Below, piece after piece: positions 36,721 through 46,123 of a stretch of 64,000 bases of DNA (positions are counted from its first letter, which is position 1; each line of letters opens with the position of its first letter). The notes under the pieces were generated by a model that worked only from the letters and a program-made list of their open reading frames with translations, did no database searches and was not told where the DNA came from. This DNA is from a virus. A program made the translations under genes and the position numbers. The stretch spans positions 92,127 to 156,126 of IMG/VR virus record IMGVR_UViG_3300024346_006511; one strand, written 5' to 3'.

Positions 36721-37527
36721 TTATACTCCAAGGTAGAGGTTTTTATCGTTTCCAAAATAAATACTGCCTTCCTGTGCGGTTGGTGTATTAGATTGGGATA
36801 TTAAATTCAATACTCCGTTATTACTTACCGAAAATACTTCAAGTGAACCTGATGTTATACTTAAAGGTTTTCCAGTTGAGCTCCAATCAATAGTTAAAGA
36901 GCCTGTTATTTCAAAATCTTCATTAGCTGAGAATACAGATCCTGTTTGTTGGAAAATTCCTGTATCTGCTAATGCATTTATTGCGTTAATAAAATGACCT
37001 GACCCTGTATCTAAAGAGATACCGTCAGTCGTTAGTTGCATACCTAGCCCAGGATCTACATCTAAAGATACCGAACCGGCAGAACCTCCACCTGTTAATC
37101 CATCTCCTGCAAATACTGCAGAGATGTCTCCTGTTCCGGAAACACTACTTGCTTCCCATTTTTGATTTGAGGAGTTATACTGTAATATTTGTCCATTACT
37201 TAATGAACCGGTTGATACGTCTGTTAACTCTCCTATGTTAGATGCTCCACCTCCACCAGATCCAAATCCAGTGAAAGAACTCCATGCTACAGAATCAGTA
37301 AATGTATTAACATAATCTGCTAAAGTAACAGTTGCTTGATAAGTTGATGATTCAGCTTCAACCCAAACTATTTGTTTATCAGCAATTTGTGATACAGGTA
37401 TATTGTTTAGTTCGCCAGTATCAGCAACAGTCCTAAAAGCACCACGAATAAATTGTACGTCTGCTAAGGCTACCCCTGATCCTGAGGCTGCTGATGTTAA
37501 CTCTAATTTCGAACTAAATAATGGCAT
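36721..37527 (-). CDS. Fibre/appendage-associated protein
   Basis: Gly/Ser-rich; LTDV...NGQILQYNS...KWE motif typical of phage fibres. Confidence 0.6.
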   Translation of the reverse strand: MPLFSSKLELTSAASGSGVALADVQFIRGAFRTVADTGELNNIPVSQIADKQIVWVEAESSTYQATVTLADYVNTFTDSVAWSSFTGFGSGGGGASNIGELTDVSTGSLSNGQILQYNSSNQKWEASSVSGTGDISAVFAGDGLTGGGSAGSVSLDVDPGLGMQLTTDGISLDTGSGHFINAINALADTGIFQQTGSVFSANEDFEITGSLTIDWSSTGKPLSITSGSLEVFSVSNNGVLNLISQSNTPTAQEGSIYFGNDKNLYLGV

Positions 37528-37541
37528 CTATCTATCTTCTT

Positions 37542-40500
37542 TTATGTCGGTAAACTACCGTTTGCTGCTACTAGCCTCATTTTAAAGCCAGAAGCTATTG
37601 CGTTCTGTGATTTTCTCCCAAATACAAACCATTCACTATATCCCAGATGTGCTGAGTCTAAAGTAACAGAATGTAATACTCCTGATTCTATTCCGAATCC
37701 ATTACCATCTACATCCATACATGGTACTGCTCCTCCTGCTGTACTATTAAACGATTCTTGAATCGTTGTTGGTACTGTCATATCGGAACCAGAAGGGTAA
37801 ACTATAATTACTTGTCCAGTAGTGTTAGCGCTTATCGTTCCTAATGCTGATAATACACTATCTAAGTCTGAACCTGATCCACTAGTCTGTAAAGTGGCTG
37901 TTTGACCGCCTGCTAAACTAATAGAAGTACTTCCTACATCTCCACTCTTAAATTTATAGAATGGTGATGATGTATTTGCTGTATAAGCAGTAACTTCTGG
38001 TGGTACATCACTATTGACTGTACTACCGCCCATTACTCCTAAATAATTAGCTCCAAAACCTGCATCTGAACCGTATGTAGAAGTATAAACGTATACTAAT
38101 CCATAATCTGCTGATTGTGCAATTACTATTGAAGCTGTATCTGTCCCTGTTTTACCAAAGGCATCTGTAGCAGTTACTGTAAATGTATATGTACCAGCTG
38201 CTAAGGCACTATTTGCATCTATATCCCATGATGTTCCATTGGAATTGTTAGATGTTACTGTAAAATCGGAAGCATTAGTACCTGATAAAGCTAATGTTAT
38301 TGGATAATCTGATTCTGTATCTGAAATTGATACTGAAGCGCATAGTACTCCATTTGCTATGTTATCTGATTCTAAACTTCCTTGTTCACTTACTGTTACA
38401 GAAGGGCTACTATTTGCTACAACTAATACCGTAACACTTCCTGAACCAATATTGTTATATTGATCTTGGAAAGTAATATTAGATGTTATATTATCGCCTG
38501 CTGATGTAGATGAACCGCTTAGGTTTGTACCTACGGTAAGGTTACCAGATGAATTTACCGTTATGCTTGCATTACTTGAAGTAAATGACGAAACAGCTTG
38601 GCTACCGTAGGAAGGTGAGTACGTAACTCCGACATCTGCTTGAGTTCCCGTTCTACCATTTGAAGTTATTTTAATCTCGTCACCATCTAGAGCTGATTCA
38701 ATAATTCTAAACGTTCCATTGGTAGTTAAAGTACCAACTACTGCTTGTGAAATACTAAATGTATGAGTAGATGTGCGAGAAGCAAACCCTTCTGCATCAG
38801 CTATGGTAATTCCTACGGTGTAGTTACCTGCTGCTAATGCTGAGGTTGCCCTTATTAAGTAAGTATCACCAGATTTAGTTGCTGATACGTTATTTCCTTG
38901 ATCATCGAAGACAAATGAATTATGATCTATTCCATTGCCTTCTGCATCACTAAATGAAACTGATACTAGGTTGTTACCTGGTACAGCTTTATTAGTATTC
39001 TGATTTGCACTTACATTACTAAACGTAATTGTTGGTGCTGTATTGTCTGTTATGTTGACAGTGAATGCTTGAGTAGCTTCAGTACCAAAAGTATTAGTTG
39101 CTGTTACTATTCCGCTTAATTGATCACCTCCAACATCAGCTGAACCGGATATATCTCTAGCCAGAGTTAAATATCCATTTGAGTTTATATTAAAGTCGTT
39201 TGAAGAACTAACTGCCCAAGTTACTGTTTGATTAGAAGTAAATCTTGATGTAGTTCCTGAATATCCATTTGAGTTATCGTATATATTATTACTGCTAACT
39301 GCTGATTCAATTACATATAAGGTAGTATCTCCACTTATTGAAGGAGCTGTATCATCACTTATAGGTATAGTAATAATTCCTGTGTCAGAACCGTTATTAT
39401 ACGCATCAGTAACAACTACTTGGTACTTGTATTCATCAATTAAATCAGAATTAAGATGTACTCCGTTCTTTCTAGTGACTACTCCTGCTGAAGATACAGT
39501 AAAAGCATCTTCTGTTGGGTCTGTTAGTTGTGCAGTACCAGAATATGAACCTGTATTTACTTCTCCACCGTCAACTTCTAAACTATATAATGTAGCATTC
39601 TTAAAAGTTATAGTATCTCCTTCTGGATCTGTAGCTGTTATTGTTCCTACTGTAGTTCCTGCTGAGCTATTTTCATTTATAGTACTCAGAGTCTGATTAT
39701 TGACTGTTGGTTGAGTATTATCTGTTACGTTAATAGTAATGGGTAAAGAAGTAACCGAATCTGCATCTTGACCTGCTTCATAATGAGCATCTGATGCTGT
39801 AATAGACATATTATAAGAAGTAATGCTTTCATAATCTAGAGAAGCAGTGACTTGATTTATAGCTACATAAGTAGGGTATTTAATAATACTAAAATGTCCG
39901 TTAAGATCTGAACCTGAATTGATAGTTATACTATCACTCTCTGTATCTGTAAAATATACCTTAGTAACTTCTCCTGAGCTTGCATTTTCGTTTCTTGAAG
40001 TACTAAATGATGTTATTTGGTTACCAGAAATGCTACTTTCTCTAAATATAGGAGCAGCATTTGGTGTAACTCTAATATATATTGTTTTAGTAGAAGAAGC
40101 TCCTATTGTATCTGTTGCTTTTACTACTACTGGGTGAGCTAAAGTTCCATCACCTCTATTATCCGTGTTAAATGCAGTTGCTGTTGGTACAGTATTTAAT
40201 TTTAATACTCCATTATCAACTATTACAAATCCATCTGTATAAGAATCATCAATACTGAAGGTAATACTCTGAGATTCAGCATCTGTACCGGTTATGGTAA
40301 CTATTGATGAAGCATTTGCAGTATACTCTTCAATTACTTGATTTCCTGTAGTAATAGTTGGTGCTGTATTAGGATAAAAGACTGCTGTTAAGAAATCTTC
40401 TATTGTTCCTGAGCTACCTGGATTAAAAGAGTTAAATAAAGGGTGATCTGTGTTAGATACTACTCTATTACCGTCAAATTGGTTATTAAATGCTGATTGT

Positions 40501-42464
40501 TCGGTACCATCTGGATTCATAAACTTAACAGACCCAGAAGTAACATATAAATGTCTAAATGGTGCTAATGCACTACCTAAATCGTTAATACTTGACTCTG
40601 GAATGATACTTCCGCTTACTATCTGGTTCCCTATAAAGGTATTCGAACCAGAAGTAGCGTAAGAACCTGTTTTTGAATTTAACCCACTGATATCTGAGTG
40701 AGAACCTACTGCATATGAAGAAGTAGCAGCTAATAAGCCGTCTACTGTACTTTGTATTGAACTAGTAAAGGTATTTAAACCAGTAACATCAGATTGCTCT
40801 GATCCAGTTATAAATCCTAAGTTAATTATTTGTAAAGACGATGAAATAGTACCTGCTGAAGTCTCAGAACCACCAGATCCAAAGCCTAATGATGCTGCTG
40901 ATGCAGAAGTAATATACCCTAAGTCAGATATCTGTGTAGAACCTGATATAGTGCCGTCTACTGCTGATGTTAAGAAAGATCCAGTAACACTATTAATATG
41001 ATTTACTTGAGATTGTATAGATCCTGTAAAGCTATTAAGAGAATTTATGTCTGAATGTGATCCTACAGCATATGATGATGTAGCTGCTAATAAACCATCT
41101 ACTTGACTCTGTATAGAGCCAGAAAAGACGTTTAATCCTACTACATCTGCTTGTACTGAACCGGTTATGAAGCCTAATCCAGCTATTTGTAATGATGATG
41201 ATACGGTACCTGGTGAAACACTTGCTCCTCCTTCACCAAATCCAGCTAATGCAGCTGATGCTGATGTTAAGAATGATAAATCAGTAATTTGTTGTGAACT
41301 ACTAATAATTCCACTAGGGGTATTAATAATATCTGAGTATACACTACCGGTTATGAACCCTAAGTCTATTATCTGTGCAGAAGATGATACTGTTCCAGCA
41401 CTTACTACAGAAGCTCCTCCAAATCCTAAGTCAGATATCTGTTGTGATGATGATATAAGGTTAGTTGGTGTGTTTAATACAGAGCTATACTCTACAGAAC
41501 CAGAAAATATATGTCCTCCAACAGTTACAACTACGTGTCCTGTTGAATATTCAGCGAAAGTTACCTTTACGTTGTTATTATCTACTAATTGGGTAGAAGC
41601 AGGTATATACTGGAATCCATTCTCATCATAAACTGTTACATTTACGTTCTGAGTGTTAAAACTATGAGTAATACTAACAGATCCTGTCTGATCGAAGTCT
41701 GATCTTATAGAACTTATAGTATCTACTGCAATACCAGTTAATCCTGAACCGTCTCCTTTAAAAGCTGATGCTGAAACTAATCCAGTACCGAAGTTTACTG
41801 TAGTATCTAGTAAGTTAGTTGATATCTGACTAGAGCCAGACATTATATTACTAGGAATATTTACTAAATCTAAATAAGTTGAACCAGTTATATAGCCTAA
41901 TGTACCTACTTGAGCAGAAGAGCTAATAATACCACCTGGAACGTTGGTTAAATCTGAGTATCTAGCGATATCTGAGGAAGTAACGAATCCTAAGTCAAGT
42001 ATTTGCTTAGATCCACTTAATACATCCTTTCTATACCCTAAATTATATATTTGTGCTGAAGATGAGATAACATCTCTATTATATCCAAGTGCATCTATCT
42101 GTAAAGAAGAGGATATGATGTTAGAACTATCAGCTTTAAGAAAATATGATGAGGTAGCAGCATTTAAGTTAGGTATACTACCTGTAACTGCCTCTAATCT
42201 TTCTACTCTTTGATCATTAGATTGAGTATAAAGGTTAATAGATGCAGAATGTAGTCTTAATGAACCAATATTAGGATTAGCCCCTGCTTGAAGCGAATCT
42301 ATCGTAGCCATTACATCCCTACCGTTGAAAGTAAGTTGAGAACCAGTAATATTAAATGAACCAGTAAGATTAAGACTTTGAGCACCAGGAACTAATTGAG
42401 TCTGAGCGACTCCTCCCTTCATGAAAGCTAATGATCCTGATAATGCGCCGGTAAACTTCGCCAT
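37542..42464 (-). CDS. Giant fibre/adhesin with Ser-rich repeats and several cadherin-like domains
   Basis: N..P.....E, LDYE, ITATDPEGD, VTDNTQP motifs; N-terminal ISSS.QI..LG repeats. Confidence 0.75.
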   Translation of the reverse strand: MAKFTGALSGSLAFMKGGVAQTQLVPGAQSLNLTGSFNITGSQLTFNGRDVMATIDSLQAGANPNIGSLRLHSASINLYTQSNDQRVERLEAVTGSIPNLNAATSSYFLKADSSNIISSSLQIDALGYNRDVISSSAQIYNLGYRKDVLSGSKQILDLGFVTSSDIARYSDLTNVPGGIISSSAQVGTLGYITGSTYLDLVNIPSNIMSGSSQISTNLLDTTVNFGTGLVSASAFKGDGSGLTGIAVDTISSIRSDFDQTGSVSITHSFNTQNVNVTVYDENGFQYIPASTQLVDNNNVKVTFAEYSTGHVVVTVGGHIFSGSVEYSSVLNTPTNLISSSQQISDLGFGGASVVSAGTVSSSAQIIDLGFITGSVYSDIINTPSGIISSSQQITDLSFLTSASAALAGFGEGGASVSPGTVSSSLQIAGLGFITGSVQADVVGLNVFSGSIQSQVDGLLAATSSYAVGSHSDINSLNSFTGSIQSQVNHINSVTGSFLTSAVDGTISGSTQISDLGYITSASAASLGFGSGGSETSAGTISSSLQIINLGFITGSEQSDVTGLNTFTSSIQSTVDGLLAATSSYAVGSHSDISGLNSKTGSYATSGSNTFIGNQIVSGSIIPESSINDLGSALAPFRHLYVTSGSVKFMNPDGTEQSAFNNQFDGNRVVSNTDHPLFNSFNPGSSGTIEDFLTAVFYPNTAPTITTGNQVIEEYTANASSIVTITGTDAESQSITFSIDDSYTDGFVIVDNGVLKLNTVPTATAFNTDNRGDGTLAHPVVVKATDTIGASSTKTIYIRVTPNAAPIFRESSISGNQITSFSTSRNENASSGEVTKVYFTDTESDSITINSGSDLNGHFSIIKYPTYVAINQVTASLDYESITSYNMSITASDAHYEAGQDADSVTSLPITINVTDNTQPTVNNQTLSTINENSSAGTTVGTITATDPEGDTITFKNATLYSLEVDGGEVNTGSYSGTAQLTDPTEDAFTVSSAGVVTRKNGVHLNSDLIDEYKYQVVVTDAYNNGSDTGIITIPISDDTAPSISGDTTLYVIESAVSSNNIYDNSNGYSGTTSRFTSNQTVTWAVSSSNDFNINSNGYLTLARDISGSADVGGDQLSGIVTATNTFGTEATQAFTVNITDNTAPTITFSNVSANQNTNKAVPGNNLVSVSFSDAEGNGIDHNSFVFDDQGNNVSATKSGDTYLIRATSALAAGNYTVGITIADAEGFASRTSTHTFSISQAVVGTLTTNGTFRIIESALDGDEIKITSNGRTGTQADVGVTYSPSYGSQAVSSFTSSNASITVNSSGNLTVGTNLSGSSTSAGDNITSNITFQDQYNNIGSGSVTVLVVANSSPSVTVSEQGSLESDNIANGVLCASVSISDTESDYPITLALSGTNASDFTVTSNNSNGTSWDIDANSALAAGTYTFTVTATDAFGKTGTDTASIVIAQSADYGLVYVYTSTYGSDAGFGANYLGVMGGSTVNSDVPPEVTAYTANTSSPFYKFKSGDVGSTSISLAGGQTATLQTSGSGSDLDSVLSALGTISANTTGQVIIVYPSGSDMTVPTTIQESFNSTAGGAVPCMDVDGNGFGIESGVLHSVTLDSAHLGYSEWFVFGRKSQNAIASGFKMRLVAANGSLPT

Positions 42465-42519
42465 TTGTTAAATTAGTTTATTAAATCTAGTTGAAACCCG
42501 GCATTTATACGCCATTTTA

Positions 42520-42527
42520 TATAAATA
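42520..42527 (-). promoter_or_regulatory. Putative late promoter TATTTATA (giant fibre)
   Basis: Recurrent motif. Confidence 0.7.
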
Positions 42528-42537
42528 GGTAGTGATG

Positions 42538-43389
42538 TTAAAGATTACTCTCTGTTTCAGCACCGAATTTTAATTCTCCTTTAGAATAGAACTTTTTACT
42601 ATTATGTGCATGTGCATTAATGGCGTCAGTTATGATATGCCCTAGTAATTTAATACTAAATTCTGTTTTTATTATTCTATCGTTACCTTGAACTATCTCT
42701 GCTGAGGTAGTATAGGTGTCTATTTGTGCTCTGAATGAAAACTTACTTGGATCTCCCCAATATGAGTCAGATGCGAAGTTAATACCCTCTACAATCTTAT
42801 TATTCTGCTCTACATAGTCGGTATATATAATACATGAGTAAGTAATGTTAACATAATCAGGTATAGCTACTGCGTAAAACTCTTTAACGGGAGTTCTATT
42901 GTTTAGAATACCAAATCTATCATATACATTCTTCTTAGAGAACTTTTTTTCGTATATTCCATAGTTCATTGGATTATTACCATCCATTTTATTCCCTAAC
43001 TGTCTATTCTTCTCTAAACTGTCTCTTCTAAATACTATTAACGGTGCTTGCATCTTACCATTCTTATCGCGGTAATAACCGTCTTTCTGCATGGATGCCC
43101 AACGTTCAGGAGAACCATATACAAGTGGTACCTTTATGTTTTTAGCGTTCTGTGTTACGGTTGGTTGAAGAACTTCGTTAAAGTAGTAGTATATAGCTTC
43201 ATCTATGTCTTTTATACCTACAGAAAAGTTTTTTACATCATCACCTTTACGGCTTACCTGTTTAGCTCTGTCTTGTTGATCAGTAGGACCGCTTTTTTGT
43301 CTTACCTCCCCTGATTCTGGTGAGTAAGCTTTAAATTGCTGTCTTCTAAGTTCTTCTTGTGACTTAGGTATAGGTTTTTTATCTGCCAT
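42538..43389 (-). CDS. Tail completion / sheath terminator (T4 gp15-like)
   Basis: IKVPLVYGSPERW, PDYVNITY; position after neck genes. Confidence 0.7.
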   Translation of the reverse strand: MADKKPIPKSQEELRRQQFKAYSPESGEVRQKSGPTDQQDRAKQVSRKGDDVKNFSVGIKDIDEAIYYYFNEVLQPTVTQNAKNIKVPLVYGSPERWASMQKDGYYRDKNGKMQAPLIVFRRDSLEKNRQLGNKMDGNNPMNYGIYEKKFSKKNVYDRFGILNNRTPVKEFYAVAIPDYVNITYSCIIYTDYVEQNNKIVEGINFASDSYWGDPSKFSFRAQIDTYTTSAEIVQGNDRIIKTEFSIKLLGHIITDAINAHAHNSKKFYSKGELKFGAETESNL

Positions 43390-43390
43390 C

Positions 43391-43870
43391 TTATCTAACT
43401 TCTGTTAATCCTACCTTATCTGCTCTTGTTAAGTGACAATCTACTATAATAGACAGAGAAGAACCAAATCCGCTACCGGCTAAATTGTAAGACTTATCTC
43501 TACCTAAGAAAAGAGTATTCTCTCTAACTGTATCTACTTCATAATAGTCGTTATTCCATTCTACTATATCTCCAACTTCTGGAACCATATTAGAGTCAAC
43601 TAAATCTTGTCTTATAAATGCAAATGATGCTTCTCTTCCTAAATCAGGACCAAATTCTTGAATATCTACTACTTGATCACCTCTAGTTATTAGACAAGCA
43701 AGCTTTAAAGCGTTCCAGTACGACTTCTGTAATGCTTCACCATATAAGTTAACATCTGTATCTTCTAAACTGAGCTTATGGTACAATACCTGTTGTTCTA
43801 CTATATCTTGTAGTAGTTCACGGTTAATATTGACTAATAAGTCAAAGTCTCTGTTAGATCCAAATAGCAT
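43391..43870 (-). CDS. Head closure / neck protein (T4 gp14-like)
   Basis: LYGEAL, PEVGDIV.W..YYEV. Confidence 0.7.
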   Translation of the reverse strand: MLFGSNRDFDLLVNINRELLQDIVEQQVLYHKLSLEDTDVNLYGEALQKSYWNALKLACLITRGDQVVDIQEFGPDLGREASFAFIRQDLVDSNMVPEVGDIVEWNNDYYEVDTVRENTLFLGRDKSYNLAGSGFGSSLSIIVDCHLTRADKVGLTEVR

Positions 43871-44169
43871 TACTTCTCTTCTATTGTATTTTCACCTACC
43901 TCTATTGCAACTATACCACTATACTTGGAAGTAGCATTTGCTTTTAGCGCTGCAAAAGCCTCTGCGGGTTCTTTCTGGCTTATTATTTTAATTTTATATG
44001 TTGCCTTATTAGCATCTGAGTTTTCTGATGCAATAGTACAAGTTGTTACTCCAGGTAAAGCTCTTATAGCATCATCATATCCAGTAGGCCCATCGTCACT
44101 AAAGGTTATTTGAACCATAGCTTCGTAAGTTCTGTATTCTATTTCTAATATGATGTCTGTAAGTTTCAT
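43870..44169 (-). CDS. Small putative internal head protein
   Basis: MKLTDIILE leader; IRALPGVTT core. Confidence 0.55.
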   Translation of the reverse strand: MKLTDIILEIEYRTYEAMVQITFSDDGPTGYDDAIRALPGVTTCTIASENSDANKATYKIKIISQKEPAEAFAALKANATSKYSGIVAIEVGENTIEEK

Positions 44170-45311
44170 TATCCTACGTATATAGTCATTGGTACAGATT
44201 TTAAGATATTTTCTACATCTTCTGACTCTTTAGCTTGTGCTTCTAATTGAGCTGATCTTCCTGTTGAGGTTAAAGTCTCTCTAAGCTGTGTTAGTAGAGC
44301 TATTTTTTCTGCTCTTGCATCAGTTAATAGATCTGCTTGATTTAAAGTAGCTTCTGAACCAGGTACTGGTACCGTCTGATACTTTCCTCTTACATACCCT
44401 AATACTTCTTTAGCGAGAGCTAAACTATAATTAAAGATCCATTGACGTCCTACACTATTAATCTGTCTGTATTGAGGATTTTCGTAAGGTACTTCTGATA
44501 TGCTTGTTATCAGTCCTGGATTATTTTTATAGTTGAGTTTTTGTTTGTCGTCTACTTTATAATACTCAAACCACATCTTCCCTTCTCCAGCTGGAATAGG
44601 AAATAATTTTAATTGGTTATTTACTAATTCAAAAGTATAAGTAGATTTTCTTATCTGATCATTAAATTCAATTGCTTGAGTTTTTAATATATCATATGAA
44701 GTAGGCATCATTAAAAAATTAACACCAGGACTAAAGCTACCAAAATCAAAAGCAGTCATTAAGGACTGTACTCCTGTTCCGGTTCCAGCATAAGGGTCAA
44801 AATACCTTAGTATTGCAGGAGGTGCTTGATAGAATACTTTTCTTACTTCTATACCTCCGGTTATTCCTTGATCATCAGCCCATTCATTTAAGTTATATGT
44901 CTGTTGATTCTTATTTACTGTGATTGAGCCACTGTATTTAGTTACGTTACCTCCAACACCTGCTTCAGTACCGTAGTGTTTAGATATTTCTACTATTCTA
45001 CTAATAGAAGGATCTACTAATTGATTATTTACTAAACTACCTGTTGAGCCTCCTTCAAGACTTAAGTAATTTTCTCTTATCTTATATTGAAAGACTTCAT
45101 TTCCGTAAGTAGTTACTGCTTCTTCAAAGCAAGCAAACATTTGTTCTTGTTGCAATTCAACATCCATAAGTGGATACCCAAGTCGGGTACCTACAAATTT
45201 AGCTACTTTTACAGCATCGGTTTGAAAGGAGGTATCAGTATCATAAAACCCAAAAGGAGTATCTCCTGAGTTGAATGTAGCTGAGCCATTCCATATAGTT
45301 ACATTTGCCAT
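44169..45311 (-). CDS. Neck / head-tail adaptor (T4 gp13-like)
   Basis: RLGYPLMDVEL, WIFNYSLALAKEVLG.VRGKY..VP.PG...LN. Confidence 0.8.
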   Translation of the reverse strand: MANVTIWNGSATFNSGDTPFGFYDTDTSFQTDAVKVAKFVGTRLGYPLMDVELQQEQMFACFEEAVTTYGNEVFQYKIRENYLSLEGGSTGSLVNNQLVDPSISRIVEISKHYGTEAGVGGNVTKYSGSITVNKNQQTYNLNEWADDQGITGGIEVRKVFYQAPPAILRYFDPYAGTGTGVQSLMTAFDFGSFSPGVNFLMMPTSYDILKTQAIEFNDQIRKSTYTFELVNNQLKLFPIPAGEGKMWFEYYKVDDKQKLNYKNNPGLITSISEVPYENPQYRQINSVGRQWIFNYSLALAKEVLGYVRGKYQTVPVPGSEATLNQADLLTDARAEKIALLTQLRETLTSTGRSAQLEAQAKESEDVENILKSVPMTIYVG

Positions 45312-45325
45312 TGCTTAGTTTTACT

Positions 45326-45333
45326 TATAAATA
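45326..45333 (-). promoter_or_regulatory. Putative late promoter TATTTATA (neck genes)
   Basis: Recurrent motif. Confidence 0.7.
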
Positions 45334-45337
45334 GTGG

Positions 45338-46024
45338 TTAGTCTCTGAAGGTCTTATATACTTCTAATAGAGGTGCGACAATATCATGCCTATGATTCTG
45401 TGCTAATGAGTGAGTAACGAAACCTTTTACTTGTTCTTCAAGTCTAGAAAGGAAAGAAAATCCAGTCTCTCTTTTATCTCTTAAGTCAATTTGAGCCATA
45501 TCTCCACATATACACATCTTAGAATTTTTACCTAATCTGCCTATAACTGTTTCCATTTGAGGATGAGTTACGTTTTGTGCTTCATCAACTATTACAAAAG
45601 AGTTTAAAAATGTTCTACCTCTCATAAATGCAAAAGGTACTATTTCTATATTACCTGCTTCCATTTCCTTCTTTACCTTCTCTTCATTATATAACATGAA
45701 TAAGTTATGATAGATAGGGGCTAACCAAGGGTCCATTTTAGCCTGAAGATCTCCTGGTAAGAAACCTATATCTTCTTTAGCTACAGTTGGTCTTGTTATA
45801 ATAATCTTATCTATACGTTTGGTAAATAGTAGATCTAAAGCTACTTGTGTTGCTACTAGCGTTTTACCGCTACCTGCCATTCCTTTTAGTACTGTTACTG
45901 GATTGTCTAGTATTAACTTTTTTGCTTCTTTTTGTTCATCATTTAGTTGAACGTTAAATTTAATCGGGCGTTTTGGTCTTCTTTTTTCGACGAAAACTTC
46001 GTCGGTGTGAGGTTTACTTGCCAT
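45338..46024 (-). CDS. phoH: PhoH-family ATPase
   Basis: GMAGSGKT, GFLPGDL, FMRGRT, DEAQN, GDMAQID. Confidence 0.95.
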   Translation of the reverse strand: MASKPHTDEVFVEKRRPKRPIKFNVQLNDEQKEAKKLILDNPVTVLKGMAGSGKTLVATQVALDLLFTKRIDKIIITRPTVAKEDIGFLPGDLQAKMDPWLAPIYHNLFMLYNEEKVKKEMEAGNIEIVPFAFMRGRTFLNSFVIVDEAQNVTHPQMETVIGRLGKNSKMCICGDMAQIDLRDKRETGFSFLSRLEEQVKGFVTHSLAQNHRHDIVAPLLEVYKTFRD

Positions 46025-46060
46025 ATGTCTTTTATAAATTAAGATAGAATCTTTATTACT

Positions 46061-46068
46061 TATAAATA
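46061..46068 (-). promoter_or_regulatory. Putative late promoter TATTTATA (phoH)
   Basis: Directly after the capsid terminator. Confidence 0.75.
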
Positions 46069-46074
46069 GGACAT

Positions 46075-46101
46075 AAAAAAAGAGGCCCGAAGGCCTCTCT
46101 T
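46075..46101 (-). terminator. Rho-independent terminator after major capsid gene (cUUCGg loop)
   Basis: AGAGGCC-TTCG-GGCCTCT followed by a T run on the minus strand. Confidence 0.92.
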
Positions 46102-46123
46102 AATATTACTCTAAGGGGTTATC

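Noticed and set aside
28782-42464. Diversity-generating retroelement or invertible fibre switch
   Set aside because: No reverse transcriptase, recombinase, adenine-specific template/variable repeat pair or inverted gene cassettes seen
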